In this document: in pieces, positions 9,662 to 18,360 of the stretch
How positions within the stretch are numbered: the stretch's first letter is position 1
How the letters are laid out: every line of letters begins with the position of its first letter
NCBI GenBank assembly: GCA_964496765.1
Contig: CAZCAP010000004.1
Location: 1 to 32,000 of the forward strand
Length of the DNA stretch: 32,000 nucleotides
From: an uncultured archaeon
GTDB taxonomy: Archaea > Iainarchaeota > Iainarchaeia > Iainarchaeales > CSSED10-239
Direction: 5' to 3'
The notes under the pieces: model-generated
Database searches by the model: none
What the model was told of the DNA's origin: nothing
What the model saw: only the letters and a program-made list of their open reading frames with translations
Translations under genes and position numbers: made by a program

Positions 9662-10438
9662 TTATCTTATATTAACTGGTTTTGATTTTTGCACGTTTTT
9701 CATAAACTCATGGAATTCATTCTGAGCAAGAGAGTACTTTCTTTTTAGATCACCAAGATATTTTTCTTTAAGATGATGACTAGGATAAATAAATGTTTTA
9801 ATTCTATAATCATAGGCTTTTAATGGAAAGTAGTAACACATCTTAAGTAGTAGATCTATAAAAAAATTCTTTTCTGGACGACTGTGAAGATATTTGTTAG
9901 TTAGCATATATCTAAACACAACATCATTGGCAAATTTATACATTATAAGTTTTGGAAAATACACATGTAGCTCATCCTTATATTTTTCATAGGCCTTTGG
10001 AAAGTCTCTCTTCAGAGTTCTTTTAAATAATGCTTTTGGATAACGTCTAATCTTCATGTTATTTCTTTCGCGAGCAACTTCTGCTTCCAGAAAGAATTCT
10101 AAAACAAGATGTTCAACCCTATTGAACATTCCAATCTTCATCAAATGACCATGAATGTGCTTATCAAGTATGAAATGAGAAACAAAACCAATAGCAAAAG
10201 ATCTTTCCTTGCTATTATGTGCTTCTAGAAATAATTTTTTTGCAACATCTAATCCAAAATCATTTGTGTGTAATGCAACACCAAAATTTGCTTTCTTCCT
10301 ACCAAATAACTTAACATAATATACATCAGCTAGGATAGATCCAAAATATGCATGAGGTAAATCTACTTTTTTAAATAAATTAGGATACCTATAATATTCT
10401 TCTTTAACAAAATGTATGTGTGTTGCCTGGGTTGCCAT
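9662..10438 (-). CDS. zinc-dependent phospholipase C-like protein
   Basis: ATHIHF..., PHAYFGSILADVYYV, FAIGFVSHFILDKHIHGHL histidine/aspartate pattern. Confidence 0.65.
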   Translation of the reverse strand: MATQATHIHFVKEEYYRYPNLFKKVDLPHAYFGSILADVYYVKLFGRKKANFGVALHTNDFGLDVAKKLFLEAHNSKERSFAIGFVSHFILDKHIHGHLMKIGMFNRVEHLVLEFFLEAEVARERNNMKIRRYPKALFKRTLKRDFPKAYEKYKDELHVYFPKLIMYKFANDVVFRYMLTNKYLHSRPEKNFFIDLLLKMCYYFPLKAYDYRIKTFIYPSHHLKEKYLGDLKRKYSLAQNEFHEFMKNVQKSKPVNIR

Positions 10439-10450
10439 AAGATCTCTCCA

Positions 10451-11125
10451 TTAGTTTACTTCACAATTAAAATCCTGTAGATCAGATACATTATAGTATA
10501 CATTATTATCCACAACGATTGCAGGGTAGTGTACAACATTATAATCCGAAATAATTTGATTTAATATTATTATATCTTTATTATAGGGGAGGACAAAAAC
10601 ATTTATATTATCGCACCTATCAGATAATGAATTTAGAGTATCTTCAAATAAACTATTTATGTGTTCATCCTTAATTTGATCTAACTTTCCTTGATTTATT
10701 GTTTCTGAATAAAAATATAAAATCAAGGTTTTATTTTTATCACAATCTATATTTAATTTTTTATGATACATCCACAGTTTAACATTAGTGAGTACATACA
10801 TATATTTTATATAATTACTTGTTGGTACAAGTGCGTTTTCGTTTATTTGTTTCAGTCTATCAAATAATTGTCTATTGAGATTATATTCAGCACTATATTG
10901 TTTCTCAAGAATGCTACATTTTTCCTGTACATTGTTTGTATCTTCTATATAAACCATAAATAAATCATCAAGAACCATTTGTTGATTTAATAGTTTGATG
11001 TCTTCCTCATAACCATTCTTTTTGTAATTATCATAGCCCATAACTCCAAAAAAGATAATTATTAACATAATTAATAATATTAGAAAGGCAGTCAAAAAAA
11101 CATTGAAACTTATGTATTTTACCAT
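10451..11125 (-). CDS. membrane-anchored protein with possible thioredoxin-like C-terminal domain
   Basis: N-terminal TM helix; C-terminal ILYFYSE...VVHYPAIVVDNNVYY pattern. Confidence 0.5.
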   Translation of the reverse strand: MVKYISFNVFLTAFLILLIMLIIIFFGVMGYDNYKKNGYEEDIKLLNQQMVLDDLFMVYIEDTNNVQEKCSILEKQYSAEYNLNRQLFDRLKQINENALVPTSNYIKYMYVLTNVKLWMYHKKLNIDCDKNKTLILYFYSETINQGKLDQIKDEHINSLFEDTLNSLSDRCDNINVFVLPYNKDIIILNQIISDYNVVHYPAIVVDNNVYYNVSDLQDFNCEVN

Positions 11126-12450
11126 TTATATTTCACTCCAAAAACACCATATATAATACTAATAATACTTATCAAAAGTAATATAAAACCATGTACAAAA
11201 ATCATATAAATTAATGGAATTATATATTTCCTTTCCATCTTAAAATTATTATATTCAAAAGAGATAATAATAAAATAAAGTGCAACAGTGACTGAAATTA
11301 AAACTAATAACAATAACGAATTCATAAATGGAGTAAAAGAAATGTGAAGATGAAATAGATCCGAAAAAGAAAACCCATAGTGTACGAAATTTAAGATATA
11401 ATAATATAAATTTAGAACTAAAGTGCTTACAAAATTATATATGGCCTTAGAAACAAATAACATTCCAAGAATTAAAGATAAATTAGTATATATGAAGAAA
11501 AATGAGAAAAAACCAATATTTTTTTTAAATAAAAAATGAATGTACTTACTGGTTACATCATAACCCCCTCTAAACCACCTGATTCTTTGAGTAAAAAATC
11601 CTTTCCAGGTATTTGGAACAACTGTTTTTGCCTTTGCATCAATAACAAACTCTGCTCTATAACCCTGTTCAATAAATTTATACACTATTTCCTTATCCTC
11701 TGTAATGTTTTTCACATCATATCCTCCAACCTGATTAAATATCTTTCTTTTATAGAGACAAAGTGCTCCTGTTCCAATATCCAATGAATTCATTGCAGTC
11801 ATAATCATTCTAGGGAAACCAAAACCAAAGTTATACTCAACCACCTGCATTCTTTCAATAAATGAATTTGTATTTGTTACTCCCACAGAACCAATTGCCA
11901 TCACAACATTATCCCTAAGAGTTCCTGTGAGTTTCATTAGGACATCCTTATTTGGAATGGTATCCCCATCCACCTGGAATATATTTTCTTCCTTTATATA
12001 TTTTAATCCTTTATTTAACACAACAGATTTAAGATTAATATCAGATTTCTGAAAATATTTTTTAGAAAGGATTATTTGCTTAACTCCAGAAACATTATCT
12101 AGAAACTTACAGGTGCCATCGGTTATAACATAGATGGTAAATGGGATTGGATATTTTAGTTTTTTTAATCTTTCAACAGTTAAAAGAATTGCTTGAAAAT
12201 TATTATAGGCATAGGTTACAACTGCAACCGTAGGAACTTTCTTTGGAAATGGTTTGGAGTTAGAGACTGTTGGGTGTACCTTTGCAATAATTATAGAAAG
12301 TATTAAAAAATAAAATAAAAAGCCAAAGGTTATTAAAATAAAGTAAATATTATAGCGTTTTACGAATAAACTAAATAAAATAACGACTATAAATACAAAT
12401 AAATAAAAAATTCTTTTTTTAATTAATAAATCTATTTTTTTAAAACACAT
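11119..12450 (-). CDS. membrane glycosyltransferase family 2 (processive/cellulose synthase-like)
   Basis: Nucleotide-sugar binding region VAVVTYAYNN, VDGDTIP, GTGALCLYKRKIF, TEDKEIVYK, QRIRWFRGG, multiple TM segments. Confidence 0.88.
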   Translation of the reverse strand: MCFKKIDLLIKKRIFYLFVFIVVILFSLFVKRYNIYFILITFGFLFYFLILSIIIAKVHPTVSNSKPFPKKVPTVAVVTYAYNNFQAILLTVERLKKLKYPIPFTIYVITDGTCKFLDNVSGVKQIILSKKYFQKSDINLKSVVLNKGLKYIKEENIFQVDGDTIPNKDVLMKLTGTLRDNVVMAIGSVGVTNTNSFIERMQVVEYNFGFGFPRMIMTAMNSLDIGTGALCLYKRKIFNQVGGYDVKNITEDKEIVYKFIEQGYRAEFVIDAKAKTVVPNTWKGFFTQRIRWFRGGYDVTSKYIHFLFKKNIGFFSFFFIYTNLSLILGMLFVSKAIYNFVSTLVLNLYYYILNFVHYGFSFSDLFHLHISFTPFMNSLLLLVLISVTVALYFIIISFEYNNFKMERKYIIPLIYMIFVHGFILLLISIISIIYGVFGVKYKW

Positions 12451-12521
12451 ATTAATTCTATTTTGTTATATATATCAGACATAATATCTATTTGAAACTA
12501 TTTAAAAACATACTACATATT

Positions 12522-14051
12522 TTATTTATTATTAAAAATATTATAATTAAGATAATTACAACACAGATTCATAAATTTATATTTATTAAATAAAACAGCA
12601 CAGGGTTCACTATATGGTTGAATGCCTTGATTACTAATTACTCCAAATTTAAAAATATCATAAAATTTCTCAGAGTAATCTGATTTTTCATTACAATCAG
12701 AACGATCACCTAAAACTAAAAAATATCTGTTCTTATAAATTACTGGAAAAGTACTTTCTAAAAGTAGTTGATTTTCTAAAGGGTATTGATATAAATATAA
12801 AATCATTATTTTGTGATTGTAAATAGATAGATCATTAAAATAAATTTCAATGGGGAGCAAAAGAATATTTTCATCTATATAACTAAAATATATCCAATTA
12901 TCAGAGTAGATTAAACAATCATTTAGATTGACATCAGTTATAAATTCAACAGCAGACACATATCTTTCTTTTAAGTGTTTATCAGAAGTATAGTTAATAT
13001 ACAATATACACAAAGAACTAATAATTAATAGAATAATTAATAGCCAATACAATTTTTTAAAACTAAATATATTTGTGAACTCAATGATTTTTTTGTTACA
13101 CCTAAATAAAGATAAAAACCAAACTAAACCAAAATATGTGAAGTAGGCCAGCGGTAATGCAATTACAAACAAATACCTAGCATCTTTAAAAGGAATTGAA
13201 AAATAAGAATAGATAGTATACAGCAGAATAATAAACATGATAATTGAAATCCTAAGGTTTATTAATTTATTAATTTTTGATTTATATTTAATAATTGCAT
13301 AACCAACAAAACACAAACCAACAATCATGAGTAGAAATAGGATTGACTGATTATAAATAAAGTGTATTAGCTGAGGTGCTTGTTCAAGGCCAACTCTAGA
13401 AGTGATGTTTTGAAAATATTGATCAGCTATACTTGTGAAAAAGTTTCCAAACTTAATACGATTATATATTAACCACGGACAAAAAGTAATTAAAAATAAT
13501 AAAATACTCTTAATTTTATTACCTACACCCCTATGAAACAATAATAATACTCCAAAAACAATTCCTGCGTATCTAGTAAGTGCTGATAACCCGAGGAATA
13601 AACCAGCAATCCAATTATTTTTTAAAATAAAATAAATTCCAAATATCAAGAAAGTAAGGGATAATAATTCTGTTCCGTTTAACAGTCCATAAAAAAGAAC
13701 CATTGGGGTTAGTAGCAATAAATAAAATAATTCTTTATTAAAATTCAAAGTTTTAGATAGAAGCACAACACCTATGCAAAAAGATATATTAACTAATATA
13801 ATATAAATTATTTCTGCAGTAGCATACCCACTAATTTGTGCAAATAAACCTATTAGGAAAGAAGTTAATGGAGGTCTAAAGGTCTCAAAATAAACCCCAT
13901 TATCAAACAAGTGTTTTGCATTTAAAACATATGCTATAAAATCCCAAGAAAAAACAAAAACGTGTTGAACTATAAAAAATAAAGTTGTAATTAAAAGAAT
14001 CAATAAGATATATTTATTTTTTTTAATAAAGTCAATAATTTTTCTATTCAC
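12522..14051 (-). CDS. polytopic membrane glycosyltransferase-like protein (GT39/ArnT/PMT-like)
   Basis: Many TM helices, first-loop SWDFIAYVLNAKHLFDNGVYFETFRPPLTSFL, ALTRYAGIVF. Confidence 0.75.
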   Translation of the reverse strand: MNRKIIDFIKKNKYILLILLITTLFFIVQHVFVFSWDFIAYVLNAKHLFDNGVYFETFRPPLTSFLIGLFAQISGYATAEIIYIILVNISFCIGVVLLSKTLNFNKELFYLLLLTPMVLFYGLLNGTELLSLTFLIFGIYFILKNNWIAGLFLGLSALTRYAGIVFGVLLLFHRGVGNKIKSILLFLITFCPWLIYNRIKFGNFFTSIADQYFQNITSRVGLEQAPQLIHFIYNQSILFLLMIVGLCFVGYAIIKYKSKINKLINLRISIIMFIILLYTIYSYFSIPFKDARYLFVIALPLAYFTYFGLVWFLSLFRCNKKIIEFTNIFSFKKLYWLLIILLIISSLCILYINYTSDKHLKERYVSAVEFITDVNLNDCLIYSDNWIYFSYIDENILLLPIEIYFNDLSIYNHKIMILYLYQYPLENQLLLESTFPVIYKNRYFLVLGDRSDCNEKSDYSEKFYDIFKFGVISNQGIQPYSEPCAVLFNKYKFMNLCCNYLNYNIFNNK

Positions 14052-14066
14052 AATTATTCCTCAAAA

Positions 14067-14948
14067 TTAAATTAGGTGTAATTTGGACAGTCGTTTCTCA
14101 ATAGAAGGTAAAAGATATGCTTTTCTTGAAATCAACCAATTATGGGTTGTATTTTGAAAATGTTTTGAAAGCTCTCCAAAGTAATATATCCTGGTGATCT
14201 TTTGTTTTAGATCTATAAAAATTAATATTTCTAAGTCAAACTCATTTTTCAGGTATTTTCTTGCAACAGCTACGTCAAAAAATTCACCATAGGTTCTTAT
14301 GTTTACCATTAATATAGAAAAATCACCAACAGAAACTATCTTTCTATCCTCTAGCATTCTTTGTTTAATACTTTTTTTAGTATTTAATTCAAACACATCC
14401 AATAAAACTTTTTGTCCACTGGGCAATCCACTATATTTTTTTTTTAATTCAAAAATTGCTTTTTTATCAGCTATCCTTGTGGCATCACTTGAAAGATTAA
14501 ATGTATCTACAATAATAGCATAGTAAAATAATTGTGCTTCATTTCTAGTAATTAAAATCGTCTCTTTTTTATAGAGATAATAAATTATAGTTGCACAGGC
14601 ACCCCAATTATTACATTTTTTAAATACTTTTACTTTTTGTGATTTACATGTTCTATGATGATCAATTATTCCAAACAATTCATTTGAATATCCTTTTCTA
14701 CCTATTGATGATTCTGGAGAATTGTGGTCAACCAATACAAATTGATCTGTTTTATTTATTCTTTGATTTTTTGAAAACTCAAAACCAAGTTTATTTATTA
14801 TATTAATTAAATGTTTATTTTCTTTACCAAAATAGATTGCTTTTGATTCTAAATTAAACTTTTTTTTAATATATTTAGGAGTAAGAACAGACGAAGCAAT
14901 ACTATCTAAATCAGTTGTTGGATAGGTGTGACCAGTTATATATATCAT
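14067..14948 (-). CDS. DHH/DHHA2 phosphoesterase (manganese-dependent inorganic pyrophosphatase / Prune-like)
   Basis: GHTYPTTDLDSIASS, LVDHNSP, IIDHH motifs; C-terminal LISRKAYLLPSIEKRL typical of DHHA2. Confidence 0.85.
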   Translation of the reverse strand: MIYITGHTYPTTDLDSIASSVLTPKYIKKKFNLESKAIYFGKENKHLINIINKLGFEFSKNQRINKTDQFVLVDHNSPESSIGRKGYSNELFGIIDHHRTCKSQKVKVFKKCNNWGACATIIYYLYKKETILITRNEAQLFYYAIIVDTFNLSSDATRIADKKAIFELKKKYSGLPSGQKVLLDVFELNTKKSIKQRMLEDRKIVSVGDFSILMVNIRTYGEFFDVAVARKYLKNEFDLEILIFIDLKQKITRIYYFGELSKHFQNTTHNWLISRKAYLLPSIEKRLSKLHLI

Positions 14949-15090
14949 AATTTTCCTATTTATTCATTAGTAATCAAATATATTAGATACATAATATATA
15001 GAATGTAAAGTATATAAAAACTATAGTTTGGATAACTAATTTGCTTGGACACGCACCCCCCTCCAATAGACATATACCCCCCCTTGTAGT

Positions 15091-15101
15091 ACATATATAA
15101 T
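15091..15101 (+). promoter_or_regulatory. candidate archaeal TATA box
   Basis: ACATATATAAT ~25 nt upstream of the start of the first hairpin at 15122; in the divergent intergenic region 14949-15268. Confidence 0.45.
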
Positions 15102-15121
15102 AGAAAATAGGAAAAGCGGAG

Positions 15122-15176
15122 GAGTATGAAGAAGAGGTGAAATTCCTCTTTTCTACTCTTTTGATTTAATTTTTTT
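15122..15176 (+). ncRNA. candidate short structured transcript or leader element (hairpin followed by T-tract)
   Basis: GAGTA-t-GAA-g-AAGAGG / CCTCTTTTCTACTC stem (14 bp, two single-nt bulges, loop TGAAATT), followed by TTTTGATTTAATTTTTTT. Confidence 0.4.
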
Positions 15177-15188
15177 AGAAACAATTAG

Positions 15189-15214
15189 GATGATCTGGTC
15201 TGCCCCAGATCATC
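15189..15214. other. strong inverted repeat (second hairpin of the leader)
   Basis: GATGATCTGG - TCTGCC - CCAGATCATC, 10 bp perfect stem, 6-nt loop. Confidence 0.7.
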
Positions 15215-15268
15215 TCTCTCCCCTAGTAATTAAAAAACAGAATTGTGAAACAAAGAGGTAAATAGATT

Positions 15269-16735
15269 ATGAAAAAATTATATTTATTAAACTCTCTATA
15301 TGAGAATGAAAAAAACAGAATTGTGCTTTATTTCGCAGATAATATTCTTTCATCTAAATTTGATTTCACATATAAAGAAAAGTTTAATCCCTATTTTTAT
15401 GTTGATATCCCACTAGATCTTGGAAAAAAACTTCTTTATGAATTTAAAGGAGACATCAAAGTAGAATTAATTGAACCCAATATAATTAAAGTAAAAGCAA
15501 GAAATTATGAAATTTTACAAAAGAGCTCAAAAATCATCTCACTATCCACAGGTAAGAACATAATACTTCTAGAACCAGAAAGACAATATTTATTAAATAA
15601 TAACTGGAGTTATTATGACACATTCTGTATAACCCACGAAAATAAAATTAAAAAAATAAAAGATACAAATGATTTACACATTGCAATTAAAAATGTAATA
15701 GAAAATTTGGATAACACGGAAAAGATTAGGCTTAGCACAATACTTACAAAGAAACTAATAACCTGTAATCTATTATCCATAAAACCAAACACAGAACTCC
15801 CAAACGAACAAATATTAAATATGCTATTTGAAAATAATTTTTATAAAAAAGCACTAGTTATAAAAAACAAACCAATCATTTCAATCCCAAAAAGAAAAGA
15901 AATATTAAACAAAAGCTATTGCCTTGATTTTTCAGGAGTGATTCCACATCTTCTTCTAAAAGAAAATTACAATATTGGATTTGAAACTATTAACTGCACC
16001 TGTTGCAAGCCAAACCAAATATTTGAAGCAAATACATTATCAAATTCATTAGTTGAAGTAAGATTTGAAAAAAATGGATTTTATTTCATATCAACCAACA
16101 AACAATTTAGATACAAATACCACCAGGAGGATGAAAGAAAAGAAAATAGGCTTATTTATATGCACGAAAATAAGATTAGAGACCTTCCATCAGGTCCTTT
16201 TTTCTCTGGAGAAAAGCAATTAATTCCATTATCTGATGCAATCAGATTAACTGAAACTGGGGATGTTACCATAACCCATGAAAACAACAAACTTAGTTGG
16301 TATTGCCTAAAGAACGAGTCATTTATATCTGAAATAATTTCTAGATTAATAAAAAGATTAAAAATCATAGAAAAATCAATATCCATTAGTAATTATTTAA
16401 ATTATTCTAAAAAAATATCAAACGAACTTGATAATAATTTTTCATACACTCTATACATGACCGAATATGCTCTTCTATTAAATCTATTATCAGAAATACC
16501 AATATTTATGGCCCACACAAACACTAAGTTTTATACTCCTGAAGTCACAAGTGCAATTAAAACAATTAAAGAAGATCTGATAGTAAGAGCATCGCCATCA
16601 CCAGAGGATGTTCCAAGATTTACAGAGGTTACAGAAAAAGAAAATATATGTACAACTAACAAGAATTTTGTTTTAGATATAAATACATATTTCACAAAAA
16701 TAAATCTTCCAATTCCTAGATTAGTGGTTAGTTAA
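15269..16735 (+). CDS. divergent B-family DNA polymerase-like protein, no recognisable exonuclease or motif C
   Basis: 488 aa; N-terminus KFNPYFYVDIP ... LLEPERQYLLNNNW resembles the PolB N-terminal domain; YCLDFSGVIPHLLLKENYNIGFETINCTCC resembles motif A (LDFRSLYPSIIxxxNISPDTLNC). Confidence 0.5.
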   Translation: MKKLYLLNSLYENEKNRIVLYFADNILSSKFDFTYKEKFNPYFYVDIPLDLGKKLLYEFKGDIKVELIEPNIIKVKARNYEILQKSSKIISLSTGKNIILLEPERQYLLNNNWSYYDTFCITHENKIKKIKDTNDLHIAIKNVIENLDNTEKIRLSTILTKKLITCNLLSIKPNTELPNEQILNMLFENNFYKKALVIKNKPIISIPKRKEILNKSYCLDFSGVIPHLLLKENYNIGFETINCTCCKPNQIFEANTLSNSLVEVRFEKNGFYFISTNKQFRYKYHQEDERKENRLIYMHENKIRDLPSGPFFSGEKQLIPLSDAIRLTETGDVTITHENNKLSWYCLKNESFISEIISRLIKRLKIIEKSISISNYLNYSKKISNELDNNFSYTLYMTEYALLLNLLSEIPIFMAHTNTKFYTPEVTSAIKTIKEDLIVRASPSPEDVPRFTEVTEKENICTTNKNFVLDINTYFTKINLPIPRLVVS

Positions 16736-16767
16736 GAATAATATTTCTGCACAGGGTAAATTTAACT

Positions 16768-17046
16768 TTATTTAAGTAAGGTTATTTCTATTGCTGACAC
16801 CTTCATGGGAGTATTATTTTCTGTGATTATCTCTTCAGTGGAAATATCTATACTCTTTATCTTTAGTGTGTTCACAAATTTATTTTTAACAATCTCTGCA
16901 ACATCAACAGCTTTTGATATTGTTTTTCCTCTTGCTTTGATAATTACTGAGTCAACACCCTGATTAAACTGTGTAATAACAGCTAAAACATAGGACATTG
17001 TATTCTTCTTTCCTATATAAATTATGTTATTTTCAGTCGTGTCCAT
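16768..17046 (-). CDS. albA: Alba DNA/RNA-binding chromatin protein
   Basis: [51 protein letters not shown]. Confidence 0.95.
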   Translation of the reverse strand: MDTTENNIIYIGKKNTMSYVLAVITQFNQGVDSVIIKARGKTISKAVDVAEIVKNKFVNTLKIKSIDISTEEIITENNTPMKVSAIEITLLK

Positions 17047-17168
17047 ATTTTTCCCCCTTGTAGTTTTAGTTGTTGCTTTGTGAGAATTGTGTAATTAATT
17101 TATATATATATTAATAGAAAGTATTTAAAAACACTAATTTTAGAGGAAAAAAGCAGACACCATACAAT

Positions 17169-18359
17169 CTAACTTCTTAAATATTTAATTATTTCGGGAG
17201 CAAGAGTAATGAAATTAGGATTAGTTAATAATCGTGGCATAAAATAACTTGGAAAATCCATATCACCTTTTTTTTCTAAGAATTTTTCTATACCTATTTT
17301 TTTAAGTTTAATTAATAGATTTTCAAGTTCAATATTAGTTTTGGAATCTATATATTTTCTAATCTTATAATGTGTTTTAAGTTCACTAATGTATTTCGAG
17401 AGATGATGTTTGTAATTTGTTTCAAGATCTTTAAATTCCTTTATTCTTTCATTAATTGCTTTTGCGGCTGCTTCAGCGGATAACAATCCAAAATTAACTC
17501 CACCACCTGTTGTTGCCTTAACAAAACAAGCTGCATCTCCCACAACCAAACGATTATGGCGTGCATATACATCCAATGGTTTTGCAACAGGAATTAATCC
17601 AGAGGTTGTTGAAAGAATATTGTCAAATTTTATTTTATTTCTGTCTATAAATTTATCAAATTGCTCTTTTGGGTTTTTTGTTCCTATACTTGTACCTATT
17701 CCTATTTTTGCTCTATAGGGAGATTCAGGGATTACCCATCCAAACAAACCTTTTGCAAAATCACCAAGATATATTGAAACACCCTCTGTTCCAAACTCAC
17801 CCTCTACTAAAATCTGATAACTGTGTATGAATTCAGGTTCTAGTTTTTTAGTTAGTATACTATCCCTAACAATAGAATTTGGGCCATCCGCCCCAATTAA
17901 AAAATCAAATCTAAGATCAGAAACAATTTCTGTTCTTAGGTCTTTTACCTTAAGATAGGTATCTTCAATGGAAATAAGCTTTTGATGATATTGAATATCC
18001 ACTTCCTGTGATAGGGCCAGATCTCTTATTTTTTTATCAAATCTTTCTCTATCAATAACATAGGCCTTATAATCTCTAGATTCTACTTTTAAAGTAACCA
18101 GATGGGGTCCAAATATATCTGCGCCTCTTACTTTATTAATTATATAATCATTAATATTTATATAATTTTTAAGTTTTGTTTTATTAAATCCAGATATTGA
18201 AATAAGCCCAGAACAAGAAACAGGAATCCCTATCTCATCATGTTCTTCAAGAACAGTAACAAGTATATTTGGATTAAGCTTCTTAATTAGATAAGAAGTA
18301 TAAAGCCCTATTGGACCACCACCAACAATTACTATTCTTTTATCTATTCCTTCTATCAT
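17169..18359 (-). CDS. geranylgeranyl reductase family FAD-dependent oxidoreductase (archaeal lipid-type)
   Basis: VIVGGGPIGLYTSYLI Rossmann, GADGPNSIVR, GDAACFVKATTGGGVNFGLLSA. Confidence 0.9.
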   Translation of the reverse strand: MIEGIDKRIVIVGGGPIGLYTSYLIKKLNPNILVTVLEEHDEIGIPVSCSGLISISGFNKTKLKNYININDYIINKVRGADIFGPHLVTLKVESRDYKAYVIDRERFDKKIRDLALSQEVDIQYHQKLISIEDTYLKVKDLRTEIVSDLRFDFLIGADGPNSIVRDSILTKKLEPEFIHSYQILVEGEFGTEGVSIYLGDFAKGLFGWVIPESPYRAKIGIGTSIGTKNPKEQFDKFIDRNKIKFDNILSTTSGLIPVAKPLDVYARHNRLVVGDAACFVKATTGGGVNFGLLSAEAAAKAINERIKEFKDLETNYKHHLSKYISELKTHYKIRKYIDSKTNIELENLLIKLKKIGIEKFLEKKGDMDFPSYFMPRLLTNPNFITLAPEIIKYLRS

Positions 18360-18360
18360 G

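Noticed and set aside
14960-15184. Minus-strand ORF of 74 aa in the divergent promoter region
   Set aside because: Low-complexity Tyr/Leu/Ile translation of AT-rich promoter sequence. An internal ATG after the G-tract exists, but the product looks non-protein-like.
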